NCBI GenBank assembly: GCA_035550135.1
Contig: DASZQB010000131.1
Coordinates: 66,411 to 130,410 of the forward strand
Direction of reading: 5' to 3'
DNA length: 64,000 bases
DNA from: Verrucomicrobiales bacterium
Lineage (GTDB): Bacteria; Verrucomicrobiota; Verrucomicrobiia; Verrucomicrobiales; V1-33
How positions within the stretch are numbered: position 1 is the first letter of the stretch; the number at the start of each line of letters is the position of its first letter. The translations under genes and the position numbers were made by a program. This document shows positions 9,988 through 20,474 of this stretch, piece by piece. The notes beneath the pieces were generated by a model, which was given only the letters and a program-made list of their open reading frames with translations, did no database searches and was not told where the DNA came from.

Positions 9988-11850
9988 ATGTGCAGCCTTC
10001 TCAATTTTCCGGTCCTCGCCGCAGCGGAACTCAACTACTGGGTGGTGGCGTTTTCCGCAGTGACCGTCATCATAACCATCTGGATGGGTTTCTGGGCCGC
10101 TAAGAAAGCAAGGACTGCGTCCGATTTCTTCGTGGCGGGACGCAGCGTGAGCGTGGGATGGAATGCCTCGGCCATTTCCGGCGAATACCTCAGCGCCGCC
10201 AGTTTCATGGGCATCGCCGGCATGGTGATGAGCAGTGGCTACGACGCGCTCTGGTATCCGGTTTGTTATGCCTGCGGCTATTTGTTTCTCCTCCTCTTCA
10301 TCGCGGGTCCGCTGAGGAGATTTGGAGCCTACACCATTCCTGACTTCGCGGAAGGCCGGTTTGACTCGCCCTTGTTTCGGAAGATTGCGGTGATCTTCGT
10401 TTTGTTCATCGGCTTCTTCTACACCATGCCGCAGATGAACGGCGCGGGAAAAGCGCTGGCCTATATTTTCGGAGCACTGGACTTCCGCGGTTCGTGGCCG
10501 GACTTTCTCCTCTCTCATGACGCGAAGACCGGGGAAGCCTTGCCGGGCCTCCCCTACTGGGTTGGAGTGGCCCTCGTAGGCGCAGTGATAACGGTGAATG
10601 TGGCGCTGGGAGGCATGAAGGGCATCACCCTGGTGCAGGCATTTCAGTACTGGCTGAAGATGTTCGCCATCAGCGTGCCCGTGTTTGTTTTGCTGGCGGT
10701 GTTTGGCGGATACGGCAAAAATCTCGATGCCAATGTCTCTCCTCCGGAAAAAGCAGCAGGCATTACGTGGAGTGAGGCCGCGGAAGAGGCCGGCGTAAAG
10801 CGTCAGGCCCTGCCGCCCAATGATGCAGCTAAAAAAATCAGCGTGCCTGCTGACGACACTTGGATTTCTCCATTCGGGCCGCGTTCCTCAAAGCCAGCCC
10901 TAACGGCGAAAGCCGCGGGTGTCGAAATTGCGGACACGCGTCCATTCGCGCTGCTGTGGACATTCTCCCTTATCATCGCTCTCGTGTGCGGCACCGCCGG
11001 TCTTCCGCACATCCTCGTGCGTTTCTACACGAATCCCGACGGCGTCGCCGCCAAGCGCACCACCATGTGGGTCATGATCCTCATTGGAGTGTTTTATCTT
11101 TTTCCTCCCGTCTTCGGAGTGCTGGGCCGGAACCTCATGCCTGAACTCTACAATGGCGGAAGCGGCGTTAAAGGCACTGACGGCAGCGTTTTAAAACTCC
11201 CGCTCCTTATCGGCGGCACGTGGGGAAGTATTCTCAGTGGCATTACCTGCGCCGGAGCGTTTGCCGCGTTTATGAGCACCTTCAGCGGATTGCTCGTCAG
11301 CATTTCCGGAGCCATGGCGCATGACATTTATGGACGCATTCTCCGGCCCGGCAGCACGCCGGAACAACGAATGCGCATGTTCAAAGTCTTCGCCTTCGTC
11401 TGCGGCGCGGCGGCCATCCTCCTCGGCCTAGTGGTGGAGAACTTTGAGATCAACATGCTCGTCGGCTGGGCCTTCGCCATTGCCGCCACCAGTTATTTCC
11501 CGCTGCTCTTCCTAAGCACATGGTGGCGCGGCATCACCATGAAAGGCGCCGCTGCCGGCATGCTCATCGGCGGAGTACTCAGCCTTGCCTCCATTGTGAG
11601 CACTATGTTCGCCGACAACTGGGGCGCGGATGGCCTCAAGGCATGGTATGCACAGCATCCCCTGGTCCGCACCCTGGCCGAACAGCCTGCTATTTGGGGC
11701 CTGCCCCTGGCGATCATCCTGATGGTGCTGATTTCCAAAGCCACCCGCGCTACCGTGCCCGCTGACGTCCGTGCCAAAATGCTGGTACTGCATGCCCCGG
11801 AAACACTTGGCCTCAAACAGGAGTACATCAAGGAACACGAAGGCCACTAG
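9988..11850 (+). CDS. Sodium:solute symporter family transporter, cation/acetate symporter (ActP)-like
   Basis: SSF (PF00474) N-terminal signature SDFFVAGRSVSVGWNASAISGEYLSAASFMGIAGMV, with about 13 hydrophobic segments. It is paired with a DUF485 gene. It carries a ~70-aa hydrophilic insertion (NVSPPEKAAG...ADTRPF) that I do not expect in typical ActP. Confidence 0.85.
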   Translation: MCSLLNFPVLAAAELNYWVVAFSAVTVIITIWMGFWAAKKARTASDFFVAGRSVSVGWNASAISGEYLSAASFMGIAGMVMSSGYDALWYPVCYACGYLFLLLFIAGPLRRFGAYTIPDFAEGRFDSPLFRKIAVIFVLFIGFFYTMPQMNGAGKALAYIFGALDFRGSWPDFLLSHDAKTGEALPGLPYWVGVALVGAVITVNVALGGMKGITLVQAFQYWLKMFAISVPVFVLLAVFGGYGKNLDANVSPPEKAAGITWSEAAEEAGVKRQALPPNDAAKKISVPADDTWISPFGPRSSKPALTAKAAGVEIADTRPFALLWTFSLIIALVCGTAGLPHILVRFYTNPDGVAAKRTTMWVMILIGVFYLFPPVFGVLGRNLMPELYNGGSGVKGTDGSVLKLPLLIGGTWGSILSGITCAGAFAAFMSTFSGLLVSISGAMAHDIYGRILRPGSTPEQRMRMFKVFAFVCGAAAILLGLVVENFEINMLVGWAFAIAATSYFPLLFLSTWWRGITMKGAAAGMLIGGVLSLASIVSTMFADNWGADGLKAWYAQHPLVRTLAEQPAIWGLPLAIILMVLISKATRATVPADVRAKMLVLHAPETLGLKQEYIKEHEGH

Positions 11851-11886
11851 CGGTCAGGCATATTTCCCATACTTCGCATTCTTCCC

Positions 11887-12687
11887 ATGCTCGGCAAAAC
11901 GCCCCCAGCCGACTCCGACGCCCTCCTCCGCCTGCGAAAAGTCGTCCATGATCTCCGCAGCCCTGGTGGCTGTCCCTGGGACCAGGAACAGACTCACCAG
12001 AGCCTCCTGCCAAACCTCATTGAGGAAGCCTACGAAGTCCTTGAGGCCATCCAGAACCGTGACGCGGATCACATGTGTGAGGAACTCGGCGACCTCCTTC
12101 TCCAGGTCGTCCTGCACGCTGAAATTGCGAGTGAAACCGGAGAGTTTGATCTTGATAGGATCGCACACGGCATTTCGGAAAAGCTGATTCGCCGGCACCC
12201 GCACGTTTACGGCGACTCCAGTGTTGGCGACTCCGCCGGTGTGATCGCGCAGTGGGAGGAAATCAAAAAGGCCGAAAAAGGAGACGTTCCGAAAGGCCTC
12301 CTGGACGGTGTTTCCAACGCCCTCCCGGCACTCAGCCGTGCAGCAAAGCTCCAGAAGAAAGCCGCGAAAGTCGGCTTCGACTGGCCGGACGCCGCCGGCG
12401 TGATGGAAAAGATCCGCGAGGAGACGGCAGAAGTGGCCGATGCCATGGCTGCCGGTGATGCGGACGCCATTTCAGAGGAGGTCGGTGATCTCCTTTTCTC
12501 CGTCGCCAACCTCGCACGAAAGCTAAACTTGGAGCCGGAAGTCCTGCTGGCATCGGCGAACGACAAATTTGTCAGGCGATTCCGCGAAATGGAGCGCCGC
12601 CTCCTCGCGCAGGGAAAAGAACCAGGCTCGGCATCCCTCGATGAGATGGAGCAGGAGTGGCAGGACGCGAAGGGCAGGGGAGGGTGA
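11887..12687 (+). CDS. mazG: Nucleoside triphosphate pyrophosphohydrolase MazG
   Basis: Tandem MazG domains (PF03819): GCPWDQEQTHQSLLPNLIEEAYEVLEAI, EELGDLLLQVV, RRHPHVYG; second domain EETAEVADA...EEVGDLLFSVANLAR. Confidence 0.9.
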   Translation: MLGKTPPADSDALLRLRKVVHDLRSPGGCPWDQEQTHQSLLPNLIEEAYEVLEAIQNRDADHMCEELGDLLLQVVLHAEIASETGEFDLDRIAHGISEKLIRRHPHVYGDSSVGDSAGVIAQWEEIKKAEKGDVPKGLLDGVSNALPALSRAAKLQKKAAKVGFDWPDAAGVMEKIREETAEVADAMAAGDADAISEEVGDLLFSVANLARKLNLEPEVLLASANDKFVRRFREMERRLLAQGKEPGSASLDEMEQEWQDAKGRGG

Positions 12688-12697
12688 GATGCTTCCC

Positions 12698-13786
12698 CTA
12701 TTTCGGCGCTTCCGTTTCCTTCAGGTAGATGCTCGCGACTTTAACAGGTGCCGCAGACGAAAGGCCGATCGTCGCCGGACCTTCCGCTATCGAAATAACA
12801 GTCCAGTCTCCCCCTTCTGCTTTGCAGGACAGTTTCGTGCCGGTACGGGTAACGATATAGCGGGTCCACTTGTCGCTGACGTTGCCGTGAAGGAGTTGCC
12901 CATTCACGCTTACGGGCAGCAGCGCGGCGCCGTCTTTTGCGTCCGTGCGCACATCGAACTGAAAGCGGAAATTGCCAGGCTTTTTGTCCAGCGTCAGTAT
13001 GCCGCCTTTGCCGCCGCCGGAAAGCTCCCAGTCGTCCGCCTTCCAGTCATCGTTCGTTTCGGACGCTGTCCATCCCTTCAGTGACCGGCCGTCATAAACG
13101 CTCACGCTGCCGTCGGGCAGGGGAGCCGTTTGTTCGGCAGTGGCTTTTCCACCAGGAAGTTCTTTCACTTTGATATTCCTCCAGTCCACCGTGCCGCCTT
13201 CGCTTTCGAGCGCGATGTAACCCTTGCGCCAGGAGCAATCGTCACCGGCCGTGACTTCCTTGCCGTTCACCGCGAGACGAAGGTTTCCATCGATGCAAGT
13301 AATGCGATAGTGATTCCATTCCGGAGACGGCTTACTGCGGCTTTCGGATGGAAACGCCCGCTGGCCCTTGGAACCGCCAAGCGGCTTCATCGTGGAGCCG
13401 TGGATGGGAAAGACGTCTCCGTGCGTGGTGTGGGAATCATTATCACCAAATGCATTCTCCAGCACCTGAACCTCGATTGCGCGAAGAAACGGCACTCCCG
13501 GCGCGGAGATCGGTCCCGCCCAGACAAAGACACCCGCATTGCCCTTTGGTTTCAAGTGACGCCACTCGAGTTCAAGAACGAAGTTCTCATACTGCTTCTC
13601 CGTGCGCATCGCCCCGGTAGGAACGCCATCACAGTGAATCATGCCATCCTTCACCGTCCAGGTTTCGGGCGCACAGTTCACGTTCACCCAGCCGGTGAGG
13701 TCCTTCCCGTTGAACAGCGGAGTGAATCCCTCCTCCGCGGCAAGCGGCGCGGTGAGAGCAAGGAGTGTTAGGAAGTTGCGGATCAT
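12698..13786 (-). CDS. Secreted DUF1080 (3-keto-disaccharide hydrolase-like) protein with two tandem domains
   Basis: Signal peptide MIRNFLTLLALTAPLAAEEG. FNGKDLTGWVNV...WTVKDGMIHC...ENFVLELEWR...GNAGVFVW is typical of PF06439. A second, weaker copy follows (DGRSLKGWTAS...). Confidence 0.8.
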   Translation of the reverse strand: MIRNFLTLLALTAPLAAEEGFTPLFNGKDLTGWVNVNCAPETWTVKDGMIHCDGVPTGAMRTEKQYENFVLELEWRHLKPKGNAGVFVWAGPISAPGVPFLRAIEVQVLENAFGDNDSHTTHGDVFPIHGSTMKPLGGSKGQRAFPSESRSKPSPEWNHYRITCIDGNLRLAVNGKEVTAGDDCSWRKGYIALESEGGTVDWRNIKVKELPGGKATAEQTAPLPDGSVSVYDGRSLKGWTASETNDDWKADDWELSGGGKGGILTLDKKPGNFRFQFDVRTDAKDGAALLPVSVNGQLLHGNVSDKWTRYIVTRTGTKLSCKAEGGDWTVISIAEGPATIGLSSAAPVKVASIYLKETEAPK

Positions 13787-13843
13787 CCCGCTGAAGTAGA
13801 GAGACTCCTCCGGTCGGCCAGATGGATTTTCAGCGCAACTGCG

Positions 13844-14062
13844 TCATGACGGTTGATGTCCGCATTCCCGAACAGGGTCGAACTTCTCCCAACGCGGGCG
13901 GCAATGCCGGCAATACCGCGATTCCGGCGTCAGAAGCCGCCAGCTCCAGCGAAAGAGCATCACGATGCCCCACACCATTCCGACCGGCAGCAGGACATTT
14001 ACGATAATGAGCGCAACGGCAACCTTGAGCAGGAAAAGAAGAAACGAGAGCAGGGCCTTCAT
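13844..14062 (-). CDS. Hypothetical small membrane protein (72 aa) with a C-terminal CxxC
   Basis: ATG ORF on the same strand as its neighbours. It has two hydrophobic helices and then ...YCRHCRPRWEKFDPVRECGH. No family recognised. Confidence 0.35.
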   Translation of the reverse strand: MKALLSFLLFLLKVAVALIIVNVLLPVGMVWGIVMLFRWSWRLLTPESRYCRHCRPRWEKFDPVRECGHQPS

Positions 14063-14140
14063 GCGCCCAGTTTAGCAGAACGCTTCGGGAGGCAATGCTC
14101 TCGTTTTTGAATTTTGCCCCGGTTTTATAACCGGCAGGCT

Positions 14141-14764
14141 TTACGCTTTCTCGAACAATGCACTCACCGCATCCCAGTCCACCACATTCCAGAACGCGGT
14201 GATGTAGTCCGGGCGGCGGTTTTGATAGTTCAGATAATAGGCGTGCTCCCACACGTCCAATCCCAGGATCGGAGTGCCCTCAATTCCGGCCACCGCCTTG
14301 CCCATAATGGGATTGTCCTGATTCGCCGTGGAGCCGACGGACAGCTTGCCGCCGTTCACCACCAGCCACGCCCAGCCGCTGCCAAAGCGTGTTGCTCCGG
14401 CTTTCGCGAAGGCCTCCTTGAAAGAATCAAAACTGCCGAGGTCTTTCTCAATCGCCTCCGCCAGCTTGCCCTTCGGAGAGCCGCCCTTGCCCGGGCCCAT
14501 GATTTTCCAGAAGAAGGAATGGTTCACATGCCCGCCCCCATTGTTGCGCACCGCCGTGCGAATATCCTCCGGCACCGCGCTGAGATTTTTGATCAACTCC
14601 TCTGCGGACTTCGATTCCAGATCAGCCTTTCCGGCGATCGCGTTGTTCAAATTTGTGATGTAAGCCTGGTGATGCTTGCCATGATGAATTTCCATGGTCT
14701 TCGCGTCGATGTGGGGTTCGAGCGCGTTGAAGGCGTAGGGCAGAGCGGGAAGGGTGTGGGCCAT
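14141..14764 (-). CDS. sodA: Superoxide dismutase, Fe/Mn family (Mn-type signature)
   Basis: [42 protein letters not shown] (NHSxFW is Mn-type), [18 protein letters not shown]. The start is set at [10 protein letters not shown] (ATG 14764) rather than the track start at 14788. Confidence 0.92.
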   Translation of the reverse strand: MAHTLPALPYAFNALEPHIDAKTMEIHHGKHHQAYITNLNNAIAGKADLESKSAEELIKNLSAVPEDIRTAVRNNGGGHVNHSFFWKIMGPGKGGSPKGKLAEAIEKDLGSFDSFKEAFAKAGATRFGSGWAWLVVNGGKLSVGSTANQDNPIMGKAVAGIEGTPILGLDVWEHAYYLNYQNRRPDYITAFWNVVDWDAVSALFEKA

Positions 14765-14802
14765 AATCAGTGGTAGTTGAGATTGCAATTTGCAGGAATG
14801 AA

Positions 14803-15942
14803 TCAGCGCGTTGACTCAATCAAAGCGGAAAATTCACCGAAAAAGTAGCGTGCATCATTGGGACCAGGGGCCGCTTCCGGATGGTATTGCACCGAGAACA
14901 CGGGAGCATCGCGATGCCGCAGTCCCTCCACGGTGTCGTCGTTGAGATTGATGTGCGTCACTTCCACGTTCGACGGCAGGGTATCCGGATCGACGCTGAA
15001 ACCATGATTCTGGCTGGTGATCGCTACCGTTCCGCTGCGCAGGTCCTTCACCGGCTGATTTCCGCCGCGATGACCGAACTTCAGCTTGAACGTTTTCCCG
15101 CCAAATGCATGACCGAGGATCTGGTGACCAAGGCAAATTGCAAAGATTGGCGTCTTCCCCGTCAGCTTTTGCACCTCCCGGTGAATGTATTCCAGCGCCC
15201 CTGGATCACCTGGACCATTGGAAAGAAACACCCCGTCCGGCTTCCGTGTGAGCACATTCTCCGCCGATGTCGTCGCATTCACCACATCCACCGCAAATCC
15301 CTCCTGCCGCAGCCGCCGCAGGATGTTGAATTTGATGCCGAAATCGTACGCCACGATCCGGTATTTCACCGGCGGCAAAACCGGATCGATCCTCCCCGAT
15401 CCGTTAGGCAGCAGCCACTCGTTGCTCACCGCGCTGGAAGGGTCCCACACATAACCCTTCGTACTTACCTCCTTCACAAAGTCACTGCCCTCCATGGGTT
15501 CACTTTCCGCCGCGCGCTTGGACGCTTCCGCCGGGTCCAACACTTCCGTGCTGAGAAATGCCCGCATCGCCCCGCGCGTGCGAAGATGTTTGGTTAGTCG
15601 CCGTGTGTCGATCCCCTCGATGCCCAGCACATTCCAGTGCTTCAGATACTCGTCGAGCGACTGCGAAGAGCGCCAGTTGCTCGGCACCCGGCACAGTTCG
15701 CCCACCACAAATCCGCGCACATGCGGCGTGAGGCTTTCGTTGTCCTCCTGATTGATCCCGTAGTTGCCGATCAGCGGGTAAGTCATCGCCACGATCTGTC
15801 CGCGGTAGGAAGGATCGGTGAGCACTTCCTGATATCCGGTCATGGAAGTGTTAAAGCAAATCTCTCCGGTCGTGCTCCCTGTCACGCCAAAGGATTCGCC
15901 GAAGAAATGGACTCCGTCTTCGAGGGCGAGAATGGCTTTCAT
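14803..15942 (-). CDS. carA: Carbamoyl-phosphate synthase small (glutaminase) subunit
   Basis: [19 protein letters not shown]...[17 protein letters not shown] (CPSase_sm_chain), then a GATase1 domain with ICLGHQ and YHPEA. The start is set at ATG 15942; the track start at 15987 adds a basic 15-aa leader. Confidence 0.93.
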   Translation of the reverse strand: MKAILALEDGVHFFGESFGVTGSTTGEICFNTSMTGYQEVLTDPSYRGQIVAMTYPLIGNYGINQEDNESLTPHVRGFVVGELCRVPSNWRSSQSLDEYLKHWNVLGIEGIDTRRLTKHLRTRGAMRAFLSTEVLDPAEASKRAAESEPMEGSDFVKEVSTKGYVWDPSSAVSNEWLLPNGSGRIDPVLPPVKYRIVAYDFGIKFNILRRLRQEGFAVDVVNATTSAENVLTRKPDGVFLSNGPGDPGALEYIHREVQKLTGKTPIFAICLGHQILGHAFGGKTFKLKFGHRGGNQPVKDLRSGTVAITSQNHGFSVDPDTLPSNVEVTHINLNDDTVEGLRHRDAPVFSVQYHPEAAPGPNDARYFFGEFSALIESTR

Positions 15943-16046
15943 GCTTGAGGCTGCGTTGGCCTTACGGTGGCGCTTCCGGCATGGCAACGGGTAAATTTTA
16001 GACCGTGACCCGCATGCTGCTTTCCGTTAAGGTAAGCTCAGCCTTC

Positions 16047-16550
16047 ATGCGAGTTTTCGTCTCCGCCATTCTGCTCGCTGCCGTTGCCGGTTGCGCAAAA
16101 AGCCCGCAGTTCAATGCGGGGTCTGTACCTGCCGGGACACAGAGAGGTTCGCCCTCTGTGAAAGAGGTATCCACTAAACCCTCCGGACAGTCGAAGCCCC
16201 GCCGCTTGAGTGAAAACGAAAAAAAGCGTCGTGTGCTGAAGGCGCGACTCGAGATTTGCCGGCGCGAGGTGGATAATATTATTCGGGAGATTCCGTTTTG
16301 TTGCGGGACCGATCATATTGAAGTTCAAAAGAAGCTGGAGAAGATTGATGAAGGCGTTAAAGCAGGTCCGGCTCCGGATGTCCTGGCCAGGCTTGAGGAA
16401 GAACGGCGTGTTTACCTCCAGTTTTTGGAAAATGAAAAGAGGGTGGCGGCCGAACTTCAGCCCAAGCTCCAGGCTCTCAAAAAGTACGAATCCGAGTGCG
16501 CCCGCATTGGTGCTGAACTGGAAAAACTCGAGTCGGCGGGAAGCCGATGA
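16047..16550 (+). CDS. Hypothetical coiled-coil lipoprotein
   Basis: MRVFVSAILLAAVAGC carries a lipobox (VAGC). The remainder is K/E/R-rich and helical. The start is set at ATG 16047 within the track ORF 16005..16550. Confidence 0.55.
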   Translation: MRVFVSAILLAAVAGCAKSPQFNAGSVPAGTQRGSPSVKEVSTKPSGQSKPRRLSENEKKRRVLKARLEICRREVDNIIREIPFCCGTDHIEVQKKLEKIDEGVKAGPAPDVLARLEEERRVYLQFLENEKRVAAELQPKLQALKKYESECARIGAELEKLESAGSR

Positions 16551-16799
16551 AGAGACCATGAATCGTGCATGTGGCAGTATTTTAAAAATAAAAAGCTGCC
16601 ATCCTGACGCTTTTGTGGTACAGTTAATTCACAACATCAGTCCAGTCGCGACTTCTCTTTTGTTAGTTTACCCCCAACGAGCCGGAACCCCTGCCGGCGG
16701 CGAGGCGGGAAGAAGTCGATAGTGCAATTCCGGGCCTCCGGAATCCCGAACCGAAACTGATTTCCGCAGCGTCGCAGGCCTCCGGCAAAGGAGTCCTCA

Positions 16800-17768
16800 A
16801 TGAATGACAAATCCCGAATCCTTAGATGGATAGGCCCGCCTCCGGAAAAGCTCCGGAAGTGCCCCAAGGTGGGGCTGGCGCTCTCAGCAGGCGCCGCGCG
16901 GGGACTGGCGCACGTCGGAGTAATTCAGGTTCTCGAAGAGCACAGTATCCCCGTGCACGCCGTCGCCGGCAGCAGCATGGGCGCTTATGTGGGCGCTCTC
17001 TGGTGTGCCGGAAAAAGTGGTCACGATCTACAGAACCTCGCCGCGGAAATCCCCACCCGATGGGCGCTCTTCCGCCTTCTCGATCCCGCCTTGCCGCCTT
17101 TCAGCGGCATCTTCCGCGGAAATCGTCTCCGGGCGCGTCTCGACGAAGACCTTCACGGCGCGACCTTCGCGGATTTAAAAAAAGAATTCTATGTCACCGC
17201 GTCGGATATCGCTTCACATGAACTCTATGTGATCAAATCCGGCAGCGTGGCCATGGCGGTGCATGCGAGCGCGGCGGTGCCTGGGCTCTGTGTTCCGGTG
17301 ATTTTGGATGGACGGGAACTCGTGGATGGCGGTGTCGTGGACCCATTGCCGGTGGACGTGCTGCGCGATGCAGGATGTGAAATCATCATTTCCTCCAGCG
17401 TAGTGCCTTCTCCGGCTGAAGTTAGCGCGGGCATGGAGGGTATCGGCCACCTCCCCCGCAGTTGGCTGGCAAAGTGGAATCCCTTCTCTGCGGGAAACCT
17501 CATCGATATCCTGCGCCGCAGCATCACCTCCGCGCAAATCCGCACCGCCTCCATGAGCGAGTGCTTCGCCGACATCGTCCTGCGCCCCCATACCGCAGGC
17601 ACCCAGTGGCACGACTACCACCACTGGCGCCACTACATCGACCTTGGCCGCGCCGCGGCTGAAGAAAAACTCCCGGCCCTCGTCGAACTAACTGCAGCAA
17701 CCTCAACCCCCAATAGTCATGAATGCGCTGTCCTCCCGCTCGATGCGGCTCTGGCACTCCCGTCTTGA
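16800..17768 (+). CDS. Patatin-like phospholipase (RssA-like)
   Basis: PF01734 landmarks: GLALSAGAARGLAHVGV (Gly-rich oxyanion loop), GSSMG (GxSxG nucleophile), VDGGVVDPLP (catalytic Asp in DGG). Confidence 0.9.
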   Translation: MNDKSRILRWIGPPPEKLRKCPKVGLALSAGAARGLAHVGVIQVLEEHSIPVHAVAGSSMGAYVGALWCAGKSGHDLQNLAAEIPTRWALFRLLDPALPPFSGIFRGNRLRARLDEDLHGATFADLKKEFYVTASDIASHELYVIKSGSVAMAVHASAAVPGLCVPVILDGRELVDGGVVDPLPVDVLRDAGCEIIISSSVVPSPAEVSAGMEGIGHLPRSWLAKWNPFSAGNLIDILRRSITSAQIRTASMSECFADIVLRPHTAGTQWHDYHHWRHYIDLGRAAAEEKLPALVELTAATSTPNSHECAVLPLDAALALPS

Positions 17769-19263
17769 GCGCTCCGAACTCCGCGATTTCCAGGCCGCGA
17801 AATTCCGGAAATATCTCGCCACGCGGGTCCTGCCATTCTCCGCGTTTTACCGCCAGCGTTTTGCCGCCGCGGGAGTCAGTGCCGCAGGCATCCGCTCCCT
17901 GGAGGACCTGACCAAAATTCCGTTCACTTCCAAAACGGATTTGCTCAACACGCCCGACAATCCGCAGCGCATTCGCGATTTTGTCCTCATCCCGGATGAA
18001 CACGTGCTGAAGCGCCAGCCAGGCACCATCATGGGTGCACTCCGCCGTGGTCCCGCCGGCCAAAAGGCGCTTCTGGAACGCGAGTTCCGTCCTCTCCTGC
18101 TCACCAGCACCACAGGCCGTTCCAGTGAGCCCGTGCCGTTTCTCTTCACCGAGCACGATCTCGACATCCTGAAAGAATCCGGCCGTCGCATCATGGAGGT
18201 CGGCGACTCCGCCGCCACGAACCGGCACGTCAATCTCTTCCCCTTCGCGCCTCACCTCGCCTTCTGGCAAACCCACTACGCCGGCCTTGGCCGTGGCGCC
18301 TTCTGCCTCAGCACCGGCGGCGGCAAAGTGATGGGCACCGATGGGAACGTCGCCCTCATCGAGCGCACGAAACCGGAGGTCATCATCGGGATGCCCACCT
18401 TCATCTACCACGTCATGACCCAGGCCGTTGAGCAGGACAAACACTGGCCGCAAATCAGGAAAGTCGTCCTTGGCGGCGAAAAGGTTCCGCCCGGCCTCCG
18501 CCGGAAATTCCGGGCGCTCTGCGCCGAACTCGGCGCGGGTAAAGTGGACGTGCTCGCCTGTTACGGCTTCACCGAAGGCAAGATGGCGTGGATGGAATGT
18601 CCCCCGCCCATGGGCGAAGAAACCACTGGCTACCACGTTTCACCGGACTTCGCGATCATCGAGGTCATCGACCCCGATACCCTGAAACCCGTTCCCGACG
18701 GCCAGGGCGGCGAGATCGTTTTCACCGCCCTCGACAGCCGCGGCACTGTGGTCCTGCGCTATCGTACCGGCGACCGCATCGATGGCGGCCTTACGCACGA
18801 AGCTTGCCCTCACTGCGGGCGCACCTGTCCGCGCCTCGTCGGCAATATCTCGCGCGTGTCGGAGTTTCGGTCGGTGGAAACCGCGAAACTCAAAGGCACT
18901 CTCGTGGATTTCAACGCGCTCGAGCATGCGCTGGATGACCTTGAAGGCATCGGCTCGTGGCAGATCGAGCTCTGCAAGGTGAACAACGATCCTTTCGAGT
19001 GCGACGCTGTCGTCATCCACGCTGTCACCGATCGCGCGGAAGGCCGCGCCTCCCTGGAACGCGCCGTCATGGACCGCGTTTACCGCGCCGCCGAAATCCA
19101 CCCTAACAAAGTGGAATGGCACAGCGAGGAGGAAATGCGCGACCGCCAGGGCGTAGGCCGTCTGCTCAAGGAGGAAAAGATTGTGGACAACCGGCCCAAA
19201 GCGGGCCGCGAAAATGCAACACCCGACAAGGTTCCCGAACGCTCTACCCACCCGGTTTCATGA
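17719..19263 (+). CDS. Adenylate-forming enzyme, PaaK / coenzyme F390 synthetase-like acyl-CoA ligase
   Basis: TSTTGRSSEPV, YGFTEGKMAW and YRTGDRI are adenylation motifs in PaaK-like order and length (514 aa). There is a Cys/His knuckle HEACPHCGRTCPR. The start overlaps the patatin gene by 50 nt; an alternative ATG at 17743 still overlaps. Confidence 0.7.
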   Translation: MNALSSRSMRLWHSRLERSELRDFQAAKFRKYLATRVLPFSAFYRQRFAAAGVSAAGIRSLEDLTKIPFTSKTDLLNTPDNPQRIRDFVLIPDEHVLKRQPGTIMGALRRGPAGQKALLEREFRPLLLTSTTGRSSEPVPFLFTEHDLDILKESGRRIMEVGDSAATNRHVNLFPFAPHLAFWQTHYAGLGRGAFCLSTGGGKVMGTDGNVALIERTKPEVIIGMPTFIYHVMTQAVEQDKHWPQIRKVVLGGEKVPPGLRRKFRALCAELGAGKVDVLACYGFTEGKMAWMECPPPMGEETTGYHVSPDFAIIEVIDPDTLKPVPDGQGGEIVFTALDSRGTVVLRYRTGDRIDGGLTHEACPHCGRTCPRLVGNISRVSEFRSVETAKLKGTLVDFNALEHALDDLEGIGSWQIELCKVNNDPFECDAVVIHAVTDRAEGRASLERAVMDRVYRAAEIHPNKVEWHSEEEMRDRQGVGRLLKEEKIVDNRPKAGRENATPDKVPERSTHPVS

Positions 19264-20471
19264 AATCCATGGTCGTCATCGATGGCGTGCGCACCCCTTT
19301 TTGCCGCGCGGGTTCATCGCTGGCCTCCCTGTCAGCGGCGGACCTCGGACATCATGTCGTGACCGCACTCCTCGCCCGCACGGGCCTTGATCCGGAGATC
19401 GTGGATCACACCATCTTCGGCTGCGTCTGCCAGCCCGCCGAAACCGCGAACATCGCCCGCGTCATCGCCCTGCGCTCCGGCGTTCCGGAATCCGTCCCCG
19501 CCGTGACGGTGCAGCGCAACTGCGCCTCCGGCCTGGAAGCCGTCACCTCCGCCTGTGAGAAAGCCGCAGCAGGCGGCGAAGTCTTCATCGTCGGCGGCAC
19601 GGAAAGCATGAGCAATGTGCCGCTTCTGTTCCCGCAATCCGCCTCCGCGAAATTTCTGCGCCTTTCCAAAGCGAAGAGCTTCCTGCAAAAGCTCAAAGCC
19701 TTCGCCGGCTTCCGCCCTTCTGACTTCAAACCCATCTCCGCCCTGCTCCTTGGCCTAACGGATTCCTTCGTGAACATGAATATGGGCGAAACCGCCGAAC
19801 TCCTCGCCCGGGACTTCGGCATCTCCGGCAAAGACCAGGACCGCTTCGCCATGGAATCCCATCTGCGCGCCGCCGCAGCCAAAGAACGGCTCGCAGAGGA
19901 GATCGCTCCTGTCTTCACGACGAAAGGCACCGTGGACGCCGACAACGGCGTGCGCCCTGACAGTTCAGAGGAAGCCCTCGCCAAACTGCGCCCCGCCTTC
20001 GACAAGGCCAACGGCTCCGTAACTCCTGGCAACTCCTCCCAAATCTCCGACGGCGCCGTCGCCCTTCTCCTCATGACCGAAGACCGTGCCGCGCAACTCG
20101 GCCTCAAACCCCTGGGCCGCATCCTCAACTGGGCATGGACCGGCTGCGATCCCAAACGCATGGGCCTCGGCCCCGCCGGTGCCATCACCGCCGCGGGCGT
20201 CGATCCCGCCGAGGCGGACATCGTGGAGATCAACGAAGCCTTCGCCGTGCAGGTGCTCGCCGTTCTCGAAAAGCTGGGGAATAAGATCCCGCGGGATCGC
20301 CTCAATGTGAATGGCGGCGCCATTGCTCTTGGACACCCGGTTGGCGCGTCGGGTGCCCGCCTGGTTTTGACTGCGCTCAAAGAACTCAACCGCCGCGGTG
20401 CGCGCCGCGCGCTGGTTTCCCTCTGTATCGGAGGCGGCCAGGGCGGCGCGCTGTGGCTGGAAAGGATCTGA
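19260..20471 (+). CDS. fadA: Acetyl-CoA C-acyltransferase (thiolase, FadA-like)
   Basis: MKSMVVIDGVRTPF, RNCASGLEAV (active-site Cys), NVNGGAIALGHPVGASGARL, CIGGGQGGA. ATG 19260 overlaps the upstream stop as ATGA. The track start at 19116 is an upstream extension. Confidence 0.9.
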   Translation: MKSMVVIDGVRTPFCRAGSSLASLSAADLGHHVVTALLARTGLDPEIVDHTIFGCVCQPAETANIARVIALRSGVPESVPAVTVQRNCASGLEAVTSACEKAAAGGEVFIVGGTESMSNVPLLFPQSASAKFLRLSKAKSFLQKLKAFAGFRPSDFKPISALLLGLTDSFVNMNMGETAELLARDFGISGKDQDRFAMESHLRAAAAKERLAEEIAPVFTTKGTVDADNGVRPDSSEEALAKLRPAFDKANGSVTPGNSSQISDGAVALLLMTEDRAAQLGLKPLGRILNWAWTGCDPKRMGLGPAGAITAAGVDPAEADIVEINEAFAVQVLAVLEKLGNKIPRDRLNVNGGAIALGHPVGASGARLVLTALKELNRRGARRALVSLCIGGGQGGALWLERI

Positions 20472-20474
20472 ACC

